Below are positions 20,101 through 30,067 of a stretch of 64,000 nt of DNA, piece by piece. The translations under genes were made by a program, and so were the position numbers. Position 1 is the first letter of the stretch, and every line of letters starts with the position of its first letter. The notes beneath the pieces are model-generated. The model was given only the letters and a program-made list of their open reading frames with translations. It did no database searches and was not told the DNA's origin. Source of the stretch: Clostridiales bacterium (lineage in GTDB: Bacteria > Bacillota > Clostridia > Saccharofermentanales > Saccharofermentanaceae); the NCBI GenBank assembly GCA_017511005.1, contig JAFWLP010000069.1, positions 1,918-65,917 of the forward strand, given 5' to 3'.

Positions 20101-20982
20101 ATGAACGATAATAATGGCGAGACAGTCATTGATCTGTTTGAATTGCTTGGTGCATTTATAAAAAAGATCTGGATTGTTGTTATACTCACTGTTGTCGGTG
20201 CAATATTAGCTTTCGCCTACACACTCTTTCTGGTAACACCTCTTTATAAATCAAGTGCGCTTCTCTACGTTAACAATTCCGATATTTCTCTTGGTAATAC
20301 AAGCTTTTCCCTGACTACCGGAGACTTAACCGCTTCCAAGTCGCTCGTAGACACTTATTCGGTAATCTTAAAATCGCGTACAGTTATTAATAAAGTCATT
20401 GAATTATCCGGCACAGACTATACTTATGACCAGATGAAGAGCATGGTCGAAGCCAGTGCTGTTAATAACACCCAGATCTTCAGTATCACGGTAACCTCTT
20501 CAGACCCCAAAGAAGCTGAAATGATCGCCAACTTATATGCTAATGTTCTTCCCGAGACAATCGCGGAAATCGTTAACGGTAATTCCGTAAAGATCGTTGA
20601 TTACGCTGTAGTTGCAGCCAAAAGATCATCTCCGAGCTATACAAAGAATACGGCTTTGGGTGCCCTGCTTGGTTTCTTCATTGCTTCTGCTATCGTTGTA
20701 ATAAGCTATCTCCGTGATGATATCATCCACTCAGAAGATTACCTTACCAAGACTTATCCCAATATACCTTTGCTCACTGTCGTTCCTGACTTGATCAATA
20801 CAAGATCCAACGGTTACGGCTATTATCGTGCACCGGTTAATAAGAGTGCGTCTTCAGTCAGACCCGCTTCTGATTCATTCAAGATCGAGAGTGAACCAAA
20901 GAGCCCGTTTGTAGTAGATGCAAAGGATAATGCGGAAAAAGCTGATAATGCTGATAAAGCGGATGGTGAAGACAATGGCTGA
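20101..20982 (+). CDS. CpsC/Wzz-type polysaccharide co-polymerase (BY-kinase activator)
   Basis: IDLFELL, TPLYKSS, two TM segments, SPSYTKN; AAGGAG RBS. Confidence 0.88.
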   Translation: MNDNNGETVIDLFELLGAFIKKIWIVVILTVVGAILAFAYTLFLVTPLYKSSALLYVNNSDISLGNTSFSLTTGDLTASKSLVDTYSVILKSRTVINKVIELSGTDYTYDQMKSMVEASAVNNTQIFSITVTSSDPKEAEMIANLYANVLPETIAEIVNGNSVKIVDYAVVAAKRSSPSYTKNTALGALLGFFIASAIVVISYLRDDIIHSEDYLTKTYPNIPLLTVVPDLINTRSNGYGYYRAPVNKSASSVRPASDSFKIESEPKSPFVVDAKDNAEKADNADKADGEDNG

Positions 20983-21730
20983 AAAGAAAAATAAAAAAGA
21001 ATTAAAAAATAAAGAAAAGTTGATAAACGAGCAGAAGTTTATGATAGGTCCGCATCTGAGCTTTGCCGGTGCGGAAGCATATAAGCTCCTCAGAACAAAT
21101 ATCCAGTTCTCTTTCTCGGAAGATACAACCACAGAAGGAAAAGTAATTGGTGTTACCAGTTCTATTCCTGGCGAAGGTAAATCAATGACGATCCTTAATC
21201 TCGCATATACATTCGCCGAATCTAATAAGAGGGTTCTCCTGATCGAAGGCGATATGCGTCTCCCTACCCTTGCCAACAGACTTAAGCTGAAGCAGACACC
21301 CGGTCTTTCCAATCTCTTGGTTGGTCTGAATACAGTTAATGATGCTATTCAGCACTTCTCTACCGCCAAGGAAGGATCACAGCCTGTAACAGTTGACGTT
21401 ATCGTTTCCGGAACCATTCCGCCGAACCCGTCAGAACTCTTAAGTTCTTCCAGACTCGAATCTTTATTAAAGATATTAAGAAAAAACTACGATTATATAT
21501 TCTTGGATCAGCCCCCGATTACTGCGGTAACGGACGCTCTTATTACATCTGACAAAACTGACGGTATTATCGTTGTAGTCCGTAATAACCATGCAGCACG
21601 TTCAGGTCTTGCAGAAACCATGAGACAGCTTAAGCTTGTAGACGCTCATGTATTGGGATTTGTCTATAACGGAGCAGCTGATGACGGCCGCAAGTATTAT
21701 AAGAAGGGCTATTATAAGAAGTCTGATTAA
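20975..21730 (+). CDS. CpsD/Wze bacterial tyrosine kinase
   Basis: EAYKLLRTN, Walker A GEGKS, PPNPSELL and C-terminal Tyr cluster KYYKKGYYKK; likely start ATG 20975. Confidence 0.92.
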   Translation: MAEKKNKKELKNKEKLINEQKFMIGPHLSFAGAEAYKLLRTNIQFSFSEDTTTEGKVIGVTSSIPGEGKSMTILNLAYTFAESNKRVLLIEGDMRLPTLANRLKLKQTPGLSNLLVGLNTVNDAIQHFSTAKEGSQPVTVDVIVSGTIPPNPSELLSSSRLESLLKILRKNYDYIFLDQPPITAVTDALITSDKTDGIIVVVRNNHAARSGLAETMRQLKLVDAHVLGFVYNGAADDGRKYYKKGYYKKSD

Positions 21731-21744
21731 GAAAGCGTTATCTC

Positions 21745-22473
21745 ATGATCGATTTCCACTCTCATTTTCTTCCCGGGATAGATGACGGTTCTGACAGTAT
21801 ATCCTTATCCCTTACTATGCTTGATGCATGGTGCAATCAGGGAATCGATACAGTTTGCGCTACTCCCCACTTCTATGCTGAACGAAATAATCCTGAGAGA
21901 TTTATCAGAAGACGCGAAGAAGCCTATAACGCATTAAGAGAATACATGGCCAGATATACTCCTTCAAACGGAGGTCAATGGCCTGATATCAGACTCGGAT
22001 CCGAAGTTCACTTCTTCGATGGAATTAGCAGATTCGAAGGTCTTCATGAATTATGCCTCGAAGGAACCAACCTTCTTCTTCTTGAGATGCCATTCAGGAC
22101 ATGGACATCCCGTATGATCGATGAAGTCAGTGTTATCTACTCTACTACCGGTCTTATGCCGGTAGCTGCTCATATCGAGCGCTATTTGGACCAGCCAAGA
22201 AAACTTGTTAAGGAATTCCTGGATCTGGATATCTTCTTCCAGAGTAACGCAGAATTTTTCCTGGAATCCGGAACTTCCCGTAAAGCCATAAAAATGCTTA
22301 AAAAGGGAGTTATCACATTCTGGGGTTCTGATGCTCATAACATGGACCGCAGACCTGTCAACCTTGGACCCGCTCTCAGAGTTATCTCCAAATCGCTTGG
22401 TGAGGACTTTGTCGGTAAGCTAACAAACCGCCAGTATGATATAATCGAGCAATTCAGTAATGATTTCTTCTGA
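21745..22473 (+). CDS. CpsB/CapC PHP-family tyrosine phosphatase
   Basis: IDFHSHFLPGIDDG, ATPH, AHIERY and GSDAH motifs. Confidence 0.92.
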   Translation: MIDFHSHFLPGIDDGSDSISLSLTMLDAWCNQGIDTVCATPHFYAERNNPERFIRRREEAYNALREYMARYTPSNGGQWPDIRLGSEVHFFDGISRFEGLHELCLEGTNLLLLEMPFRTWTSRMIDEVSVIYSTTGLMPVAAHIERYLDQPRKLVKEFLDLDIFFQSNAEFFLESGTSRKAIKMLKKGVITFWGSDAHNMDRRPVNLGPALRVISKSLGEDFVGKLTNRQYDIIEQFSNDFF

Positions 22474-22585
22474 TTATCATTGCTGACGTTGCAACAATAT
22501 TACCAGCGTTTGTAATATTATTGTAATAGATTTTATAAATTAGCATATTAGAAATTTATACATATATATAAGAAGGTCAGAAAAT

Positions 22586-23413
22586 ATGAATAAAACAGTA
22601 AAGATCATCATTGGCTGTGTTTTAGGATTAGGCGCTATCGCCTGCGGCGTTAAGCTGGCTATGACTCTTTATGCTCCAAAGCCGACTCTTACCGCTACCA
22701 TGTCAACATCATCAACCGCTTCCGTAATTGAAGTAGTTCCTGCTTCCTCTACCAGTGACAGCAAAATCGTAATGCCGTCTTATTCCACAAAGAATACAAC
22801 AGACAACAGTGAATATGTCTGCCCTGCTGATTTTGATTATTTACAGTCAGTTAATGATGATATATATGCCTGGCTTCACATCGAGGGGATGTATGTAGAC
22901 TTCCCTGTTTGCCAGTCTCCCAATGATGACACGTTCTATCTTTCTTATAACAGCGACGGTGATTATTCTGCCGCAGGCGCGATCTTCTCAGAGCACGAAT
23001 TCAACAGCAAGGACTTCGATGATCCTGTTACCATCCTTTACGGACACCATATGGGCAGCCGGGTAATGTTCGGTGACCTTCAGGAAGATATATCCGAAGA
23101 AGAATTTTGGGATACAAATCCGGTAATCACTATATATATGCCCAACAGAGAATTAAGATATCAGGTCTTTGCCGCTGTTCCCTATAGTGATGAACATATT
23201 CTTTATTATCATGATTTCTCAGATCCTGATGTTTATGAAGCTTTCTTTGATGAGGTATTCTCAACTGTAAGCGATGCAGCAAGGTTCCATGAGGAGTTCG
23301 CACCGGAATATGACGACAAAGTATTGATGCTGGCTACATGCCTTATCGGCAATCACAGCAGAAGATTCATAGTAATGGGCAAGCTGGTTTATGACTCAGC
23401 AACACTAAATTGA
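22586..23413 (+). CDS. srtB: Class B sortase
   Basis: N-terminal TM; NDDIYAWL, DNxFY-like segment, YGHHM (His), LATC (Cys) and RRF (Arg). Confidence 0.85.
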   Translation: MNKTVKIIIGCVLGLGAIACGVKLAMTLYAPKPTLTATMSTSSTASVIEVVPASSTSDSKIVMPSYSTKNTTDNSEYVCPADFDYLQSVNDDIYAWLHIEGMYVDFPVCQSPNDDTFYLSYNSDGDYSAAGAIFSEHEFNSKDFDDPVTILYGHHMGSRVMFGDLQEDISEEEFWDTNPVITIYMPNRELRYQVFAAVPYSDEHILYYHDFSDPDVYEAFFDEVFSTVSDAARFHEEFAPEYDDKVLMLATCLIGNHSRRFIVMGKLVYDSATLN

Positions 23414-23488
23414 ATGCATCTTTTGTGCAATTTGTGCATAAACAAGCATAAAAATTTGTTTACAAGACAATTACATATCAAATAACAT

Positions 23489-23540
23489 TTGACTTTTTTT
23501 CATAAAAGTATAAAATCAAACTATCTTTGAAGAAAGGAGG
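23489..23540 (+). promoter_or_regulatory. Sigma-A promoter and strong RBS of the sortase-substrate gene
   Basis: TTGACT-N16-TAAAAT (23489-23516); AAGGAGG at 23534-23540. Confidence 0.6.
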
Positions 23541-23548
23541 AAATTCTA

Positions 23549-24229
23549 GTGAAGAAGCTTATTGCTATGATTGCTACTGTTGCAGTAGTTCTTTCAATGG
23601 GTGTAACCGCTATGGCAGATGCTATTGACAAGACTGAAAAGAAGTCCCCTGAAAAGGAGAAGATCGTTTCAGAGGTCAAGGGTGAATCTGATTATGAGGC
23701 TATTTTTACAGAGAGATCTGGTGCTTCATTGTCAGGTGCTCAGTATGCTGGACTCGATGATATCGTTAAGGATGGTCAGAAGGCTCGCGTTTTCGACGTA
23801 GAAGTTTTCGGTGCTAAGCTTGAGAAGAACGATCAGGGATTGTTCGATCTTAAGACATTCGACGATAAGGATCTTGCTACAGCTAAGGGCGGCTCTTTTG
23901 AGATCGTTGTTGCTTTCGACGGCGCAAATGACGTTATTGACGTTAAGATTTGGGACGCCGAGATGGGCAAGTGGTCTGATGTCATTGCTTGGGAAGCTAA
24001 GGACGGTAAGGTAACTATCACTACAGGCCGTGACGGTGTTTTCGCATTCGTTATGGAGCCCGCAGCTGATGATGCAGCTGATGATGCAGATGCAAACAAG
24101 GCTGGTGGTAAGAAGTCCGCAGCTACAGGTTATAACTCAACGGCTTACATCGTTTGCGCTATTGCTCTCGCAGCAGGAGCAGCATTCTTCTTTGGCACTT
24201 CAAAGAAGTCCGCTAAGGAAATGATGTAA
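23549..24229 (+). CDS. Small acidic cell-wall-anchored protein (probable sortase B substrate, sorting motif KSAATG)
   Basis: Signal peptide ending AMA; A/D linker; KKSAATG followed by a hydrophobic helix and a basic tail; strongly biased codon usage. Confidence 0.8.
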   Translation: MKKLIAMIATVAVVLSMGVTAMADAIDKTEKKSPEKEKIVSEVKGESDYEAIFTERSGASLSGAQYAGLDDIVKDGQKARVFDVEVFGAKLEKNDQGLFDLKTFDDKDLATAKGGSFEIVVAFDGANDVIDVKIWDAEMGKWSDVIAWEAKDGKVTITTGRDGVFAFVMEPAADDAADDADANKAGGKKSAATGYNSTAYIVCAIALAAGAAFFFGTSKKSAKEMM

Positions 24230-24264
24230 TTTTTTGGCCAAAAAGTTATTATCAGGTCAAAGCG

Positions 24265-24296
24265 GAGGGTGTTCGTAAGAACACCCTCTTTCTTTT
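24265..24296 (+). terminator. Intrinsic terminator
   Basis: GAGGGTGTTC-GTAA-GAACACCCTC followed by TTTCTTTT. Confidence 0.88.
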
Positions 24297-24579
24297 GCTT
24301 TATGATTTTGATGTATGAATCTTTCTGCTCTCTTCAGAGATTCTGTATTATAACCTCTTCCCTACATACATATCCTAGTCTGTCGAATTAGCAGATTTCA
24401 TGTCTTTCCCTAATAATATATATTCTTAGCTCATATTTCCTTGTCGCTCTTTGTCGATCAAATGCGACAAACTACGAACCTAACAAGCTTCTCCAAAGTT
24501 CTACATTAATATGCGTCAGTTTATGTAGACATTCAGATGCCATCTGACCAACGTTTCATATTATTTTCGAATAAACTAT

Positions 24580-24612
24580 AAAAGGCTGCTCAAATTACTG
24601 ATACAGCCTTTT
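24580..24612 (-). terminator. Probable terminator of the YD-repeat lipoprotein gene
   Basis: AAAAGGCTG...CAGCCTTTT inverted repeat. Confidence 0.55.
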
Positions 24613-24647
24613 CTGATGTCATTTATAAATTTGGATGGGAGTTACTA

Positions 24648-25550
24648 TTAATATGTGTATTCAGTACGGCTTGAGATGGTTCCGTCAGGTGTTAGACAGG
24701 TAACTGAAAGAAGTCTTCCTGTATCATCATAAGCCATCTCATAGCTCTCAGTCGACTTAGCATTAATATCATAATGAATTGCAACTTCTTTGATCCTGTT
24801 GCCTTCACTATCGTATTCAGCCATAAACTCGTAGGAAACTTCCCCATCCGGCAGATATTCAACAATCTTTATGACATTTCCGGCCTGATCATACTCATAG
24901 TCTGACCAGCAGCGAACCGTATAATCATCGGAATATGTGGTTACTTTCTCAACATTACCAAATTCATTGTACTCATAATTCTTCCATGAATTAATGTAAT
25001 CAAGAGCCTTCTTGGTCTCTTTGATTATTTTTCCGGTCTTGTCATAATTATATTCGAACATGACCAGCAGACTGTCATGGGTACCATACATTGAACGTTT
25101 AGTTTGGTTTCCTGATTCATCGTATTCAAACTTTGTATAACGAATAAGATCATTATTAGAATCATAGTCAGTCTGCTTTATACAGTTTCCTGCGCTGTCA
25201 TATTCAAAGCCACTCCAGGCAATGGTCTTCCCTTCCTGGTTACGGTTAGTGCGCTTTGCTTTGTTACCTGAAGAGTCATACTCATTCTCTACCGTTCCGG
25301 TAACATTACCTTCTGCATCATAGATCTTGACTGATATGGGATTTGCATAGACAATTACGAGTTCAGTTTCGATTATCGTTTCTGTTATAGCGAACGGGGC
25401 AGTAGTTGTTTCCGTTTCAGATATAAGAACAGCCGTTGTTACTGCAGTCTCTTCCGATGCTGAAGCATTTATACTGTCAGCTTTCTGACAGCCGCAGGTC
25501 TGAAAGGCCATTCCAACTAAAAGCGGTAATACTATTATCCTTTTCTTCAT
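24648..25550 (-). CDS. YD/RHS-like repeat lipoprotein
   Basis: Lipoprotein-like signal (TCGC); T/E-rich linker; about eight ~24-aa repeats of the type EYDxxGN. Confidence 0.75.
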   Translation of the reverse strand: MKKRIIVLPLLVGMAFQTCGCQKADSINASASEETAVTTAVLISETETTTAPFAITETIIETELVIVYANPISVKIYDAEGNVTGTVENEYDSSGNKAKRTNRNQEGKTIAWSGFEYDSAGNCIKQTDYDSNNDLIRYTKFEYDESGNQTKRSMYGTHDSLLVMFEYNYDKTGKIIKETKKALDYINSWKNYEYNEFGNVEKVTTYSDDYTVRCWSDYEYDQAGNVIKIVEYLPDGEVSYEFMAEYDSEGNRIKEVAIHYDINAKSTESYEMAYDDTGRLLSVTCLTPDGTISSRTEYTY

Positions 25551-25666
25551 AATTACCTCTCAGCAATGATTTGAACGCATTAATCTATTGCATATATTCT
25601 GTCATAAATGGATTAAGCATTCCATAAGGAACGCTTAACTGCCAATCAATCGTCAAATATCTCTGA

Positions 25667-26728
25667 TCAATCCTGTTGAACGTAAAACAGATCGATCACT
25701 ATGGACTTCAAAGAATCCTCATCGATATAGAATTCCATATGCTCTTCGCCGGCAACAGATCTTCCGTCAGGAATAATAATCCTGTCAAATGTATATCCGG
25801 AGAACTGACCGATATAGCTGCTGAGCTGATCATAAGTACAGTCAGTAACCATATAAGGCGAGAGTTTATCAAAAAGATCAAAGGCAAAACTGTTGCTTCT
25901 GGAAACCTTCTGACCGAGAATTGGCAACAATGCCGACATATAAGTACGCTGTCTCTTCATTCTGTTGATATTTGTCGGATCGTTACTAACCTTCATTCTT
26001 CCCCTGACGTAATGCTCAGCTTGATCTCCCTGCAAAGTTATTGTCTCGCCCTTAACAAGGGACTCATCGATCCTGGAGAAATCATCCTCAATCGTGACCG
26101 TAACTCCGCCAACAGAATCATTGATTATAGCTATGGAATTCATCGTCAGCGAGAAGTAATTATCGATCTCTACATCGTAAAGAAGATGGGATACTGCAAA
26201 CTTCGTATCTTCGCAGGCATCCTCCTGCTTAGGTCTGTATGTATGAGACATCGCTATCTGTCTTTTCAGCATTCCGGCATAAGTGCCAAAGACGTCATAA
26301 TACATAACATCGACCATAGAATCACGGTTGATCTGGAGCAAAGAATATGTCTTGCTTTCTTTATCAAAAACCGCAACAAGGATGAGATCAGCCAACATAT
26401 CATTGTGCATCTCGCCCGTTTGCTCATAATCAACTACGTCACGGTCGTCAATACCCATGATGAGTAAGACATCGATGTTCTCATTATAAACATACGTATG
26501 ACCGTTATAATCCAAAGTGGGAAGGGTATTTGCATCATCAAGTACTGATTCACGAACAGCATTCGATGCCTCAATCTCTGTACGGCTTATGGCCTCTCCG
26601 GCACCCTCAATGGTCTCCTGAGGTACAAGTTTCTTCTCGATTAGCGTTGCAATAAGAAAAGACCCGCCAAAAAGCGCAGCCAACCCCAAAACAACCGCTC
26701 CAACCTTAATAATTGCTCCGTTTTTCAT
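25667..26728 (-). CDS. LCP (LytR-CpsA-Psr) glycopolymer-peptidoglycan ligase
   Basis: N-terminal TM; LIMGID, ADLI, INRD, DSVGGV, YVRGR and RMKRQR motifs. Confidence 0.88.
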   Translation of the reverse strand: MKNGAIIKVGAVVLGLAALFGGSFLIATLIEKKLVPQETIEGAGEAISRTEIEASNAVRESVLDDANTLPTLDYNGHTYVYNENIDVLLIMGIDDRDVVDYEQTGEMHNDMLADLILVAVFDKESKTYSLLQINRDSMVDVMYYDVFGTYAGMLKRQIAMSHTYRPKQEDACEDTKFAVSHLLYDVEIDNYFSLTMNSIAIINDSVGGVTVTIEDDFSRIDESLVKGETITLQGDQAEHYVRGRMKVSNDPTNINRMKRQRTYMSALLPILGQKVSRSNSFAFDLFDKLSPYMVTDCTYDQLSSYIGQFSGYTFDRIIIPDGRSVAGEEHMEFYIDEDSLKSIVIDLFYVQQD

Positions 26729-26735
26729 AAAAAGA

Positions 26736-26744
26736 ATTATAACA
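26736..26744 (-). promoter_or_regulatory. Extended -10 promoter directly before the LCP start codon (leaderless candidate)
   Basis: TG-T-TATAAT ends 7 nt before ATG 26728; no SD. Confidence 0.6.
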
Positions 26745-26828
26745 TATATTATAAATAATAAAATATATATTGAATTACTCGATCAGGCGTTTTTTGTTTG
26801 AAGTGACAATGATAACCACCATTCTACG

Positions 26829-27191
26829 TTAGTACACCGCCTTCGTTGCAACTACCGGAACCCCTGTTCCCGCGCAGTCTTCTATCAGGATATCGCCCGT
26901 TTTTACAGGTGCCCGGCATGATGCTCTATTTATCTCATCCATAACTTCAAAGATCATATCCTTAGGGACCGGCGCCTTTGTCTTGCAGCTCACCCTGTCA
27001 ACCGTACCGCCAATCACTCTGATCGTTGTAGTTACGGTTCTCACAGGCGCAGTTACTTCGGATCTGGCGTAGATCTCACCACGCTTACAGGTATTGCCTG
27101 ACACGGCTTTTATCTCCCCACTATCAATTACAACAGTTATCCGGCAGCCCATGGGGCAGTTAATGCATGTTAGTTCTCTTATGTCTTCCAT
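26829..27191 (-). CDS. DUF1667-type CxxC small subunit of the G3PDH-like complex
   Basis: CINCPMGC, GNTCKRG and RTVTTT motifs. Confidence 0.82.
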   Translation of the reverse strand: MEDIRELTCINCPMGCRITVVIDSGEIKAVSGNTCKRGEIYARSEVTAPVRTVTTTIRVIGGTVDRVSCKTKAPVPKDMIFEVMDEINRASCRAPVKTGDILIEDCAGTGVPVVATKAVY

Positions 27192-27199
27192 AGATGCCC

Positions 27200-28456
27200 T
27201 CAGCCCTCCGTGACAGCTACTGTTATCTCTTTGATATCCTGATCAATGTCTTCTCTCTTCAGGATGACCTGCTCCATCTCACCGGGTGTTATTATCTGCT
27301 TTCTCCTGTGGAGCTTGTTTTCGCCGTCAAAGAGAACATTGATATAAGAATCCCTGAAAACTCCGGTGGACCTGAATCTGATTATAAGAGCATCTTCCAG
27401 CTTAGATGCCCTTACGGTAGACGGAACTGTATAACGCACCCCGTTCCCCGTCTTGATCTGAATTGCATTCGAGTAATCAGCTATTTCCTTATTCAACACA
27501 AATCTTGCCGCGCTCTTCCCTGCTCTGGCTGACTCTTCCGAAACATAATCTACGAGATCATGCACATGAAGTACATTACCGCATGCAAAGATTCCCGGAA
27601 TCGAAGTCTCAAAGGATTCGTTGACTTCAGGCCCGTTGGTAGCAGGATTTATCTTAACGTCTGCGGCTCTCGACAGTTCATTCTCAGGGATAAGACCGCA
27701 CGAGAGAAGCAATGTATCACAGGAGATCTCCTGTTCGGTACCCGGAATCGGCCTGGAATTGCCGTCAACCTCAGCGATAACAACTGAGCTGACGCGTTCC
27801 TTACACTTTATATCGATTACCGTATGTGACAGGAGCAAAGGTATGTCAAAGTCGTCGAGACACTGAACGATATTGCGCTTAAGACCTCCCGAATAAGGCA
27901 TCAGCTCACATACAGCCTTTACTTTGGCACCTTCAAGCGTCATTCTGCGGGCCATTATCAGACCGATATCACCTGAACCAAGAATGACTACCTCTTTTCC
28001 GGGCATATATCCTTCGATATTTACTAGCCTTTGCGCGGTACCTGCAGTAAATACTCCGGCAGGTCTAAGTCCCGGGATATTCAGAGCACCTCTGGGACGC
28101 TCTCTGCAGCCCATACAGAGCACTGCCGCTCCGCATTCAACCGTGAATACACCTTCACCGCTGTTGACCGCCGTAACCTGCCCCTGAGCGATATCAAGGA
28201 CCATCGTATCAAGCAAATAACTGATGTTAAGACCGTTAAGCTGCTTCTCAAACCGCTCAGCGTATTCAGGCCCCGTCAGTTCTTCATTGAATGTATGCAG
28301 GCCAAAACCGTTGTGGATGCACTGATTCAGGATCCCGCCAAGCTCGTTGTCACGTTCAAGGATAAGAACGCTGAGCTCAGGGGCTTCTTTTGCAGCTGAG
28401 ACCGCAGCTGCAAGACCGGCAGGACCGCCGCCGACTATAACGATATCAGCTCTCAT
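27200..28456 (-). CDS. FAD/NAD(P)-dependent pyridine nucleotide-disulfide oxidoreductase subunit
   Basis: GGGPAG, GGILNQCIHNGFG, GSGDIG and GNVLHVHDLVD motifs. Confidence 0.85.
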   Translation of the reverse strand: MRADIVIVGGGPAGLAAAVSAAKEAPELSVLILERDNELGGILNQCIHNGFGLHTFNEELTGPEYAERFEKQLNGLNISYLLDTMVLDIAQGQVTAVNSGEGVFTVECGAAVLCMGCRERPRGALNIPGLRPAGVFTAGTAQRLVNIEGYMPGKEVVILGSGDIGLIMARRMTLEGAKVKAVCELMPYSGGLKRNIVQCLDDFDIPLLLSHTVIDIKCKERVSSVVIAEVDGNSRPIPGTEQEISCDTLLLSCGLIPENELSRAADVKINPATNGPEVNESFETSIPGIFACGNVLHVHDLVDYVSEESARAGKSAARFVLNKEIADYSNAIQIKTGNGVRYTVPSTVRASKLEDALIIRFRSTGVFRDSYINVLFDGENKLHRRKQIITPGEMEQVILKREDIDQDIKEITVAVTEG

Positions 28457-29891
28457 CTTTGGTCCTCCCGTTAAGTATCCTTGAATTACCTCCGCTCTTG
28501 GTTACCTGGTCCAAAGGAATACCGGTCTCCCTGCTTATTATCTCCATGACTCTCGGTGAACAGAAGCCGCCCTGGCAGCGTCCCATACCGGCTCTTGTAC
28601 GTCTCTTAATTCCGTCAAGTGATCTGGCACCCAGAGGCCTTCTTATCGAATCAATGATCTCCCCTTCGGTTATCGTCTCACAGCGGCAGATTATCCTTCC
28701 GTATTCAGGATATTCCCTGATCAGCTGTTCGCGATCTTCCTGCGCCATCTCGAAAGGCTTTCTGATATCGTGACAAATGCCGTTCCAGGAGTCTTTCTGC
28801 CTGAGATCAAGCTTATCGGAAACCAATCCCGCCATATATTCACCGATGGCAGGACATGCGGTAAGTCCCGGGGATTCTATACCTACGCAGTCAAAGAAAC
28901 CGGGACAGTCTTCTGCTTCTTCAAGAATGAATTCTCCGCCGTCTTCGTGGGCCCTAAGACCCGAGAAGCCGGTTATCACCTGTTTTACAGGTGTGTTCTT
29001 TGTGTTTTTGGCGGAACCCTGGATTACCTTGGAAATGCCATCAGCCGTTAACGTAGCATCGTCTTTGTTATCTGTATCCGTTGCGGTAGGACCTATCAGG
29101 GTATTGCCGTGAACAGTGGGAGTTACAAGAATTCCTTTGCCGAGCTTTGTAGGCTGAGGAAAGATCACATGTCTGACAAAACCTTCACATACCCTGTCCA
29201 AAAGTATGTAATCTCCCCTTCTCGGAGTGATATGGAGCTTATTCGACGATACCTGATTGTGCAGTTCATCAGAGTGACAGCCTGCAGCATTGATAACAAC
29301 CTTGGACTGAAATGATCCCTTTGGGGTTTCTACTATAAAACCGTCATCTGTGGGAATTATTTCGGTCACGTCCGTATCAAAGCTGAACTCCACACCGTTC
29401 TGACAGGCACACTCTGCCAAAGCTATATTCAGTCTGAACGGACAGATAATCCCTGCCGTAGGCGCATACAGGGCACAGACGACATCATCTGAGATATTGG
29501 GTTCGATCTCCAATACTTCTTCACGGGAGAGGATCTTCATGTCGGGAACGCCGTTGGCAATTCCGCGGTTATAAAGCTCCTCTATGCCTTCTCTCTGTGA
29601 ATCATCAGTACAGACAACGAGTGAACCTATACGCTTAAAAGGAATATCGAGCTCATGAGCAAGACTGCCCATGAGCTCGTTTCCTCTGATATTCATTTTC
29701 GCTTTGAGTGATCCGGGCTTCGCATCGTATCCTGCATGAATGATGCCGCTGTTGGCCTTTGATGTTCCGCAGCAGATATCCTCATCCTTCTCAAGCACAA
29801 GGACACTTGCCTCATACTTCGATAGTTCCCTTGCTATGGCACAACCGGTAACACCGGCGCCGATGATGATGATGTCGTATGAATTACTCAT
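28446..29891 (-). CDS. FAD-dependent glycerol-3-phosphate dehydrogenase-like (DAO family) with C-terminal BFD-like [2Fe-2S] domain
   Basis: GAGVTG, TSKANSGIIH, GIESPGLT and CRCE...GRCQGGFC motifs. Confidence 0.82.
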   Translation of the reverse strand: MSNSYDIIIIGAGVTGCAIARELSKYEASVLVLEKDEDICCGTSKANSGIIHAGYDAKPGSLKAKMNIRGNELMGSLAHELDIPFKRIGSLVVCTDDSQREGIEELYNRGIANGVPDMKILSREEVLEIEPNISDDVVCALYAPTAGIICPFRLNIALAECACQNGVEFSFDTDVTEIIPTDDGFIVETPKGSFQSKVVINAAGCHSDELHNQVSSNKLHITPRRGDYILLDRVCEGFVRHVIFPQPTKLGKGILVTPTVHGNTLIGPTATDTDNKDDATLTADGISKVIQGSAKNTKNTPVKQVITGFSGLRAHEDGGEFILEEAEDCPGFFDCVGIESPGLTACPAIGEYMAGLVSDKLDLRQKDSWNGICHDIRKPFEMAQEDREQLIREYPEYGRIICRCETITEGEIIDSIRRPLGARSLDGIKRRTRAGMGRCQGGFCSPRVMEIISRETGIPLDQVTKSGGNSRILNGRTKDES

Positions 29892-29963
29892 AAATCAGTA
29901 TACGTTACAGATATAGTTTTAATCTACAATTATATTATACTCATAACAGACTATTCATCAAAA

Positions 29964-29999
29964 AATCATCCTGCAAATTTTCAAATCTGCAGGATGATT
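29964..29999 (-). terminator. Intrinsic terminator of 30068-32383
   Basis: AATCATCCTGCA/TGCAGGATGATT 12-bp stem with a T tail on the minus strand. Confidence 0.8.
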
Positions 30000-30067
30000 A
30001 CATTAATCAAGAAATAAACACTCTATGAGATAATTCTCAATAGTGCATTTTCTTTAATAAGAAAATT

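Noticed and set aside
24648-25550. RHS polymorphic toxin
   Set aside because: Too short, lipoprotein signal present, no RHS core cleavage motif, toxin domain or immunity gene.
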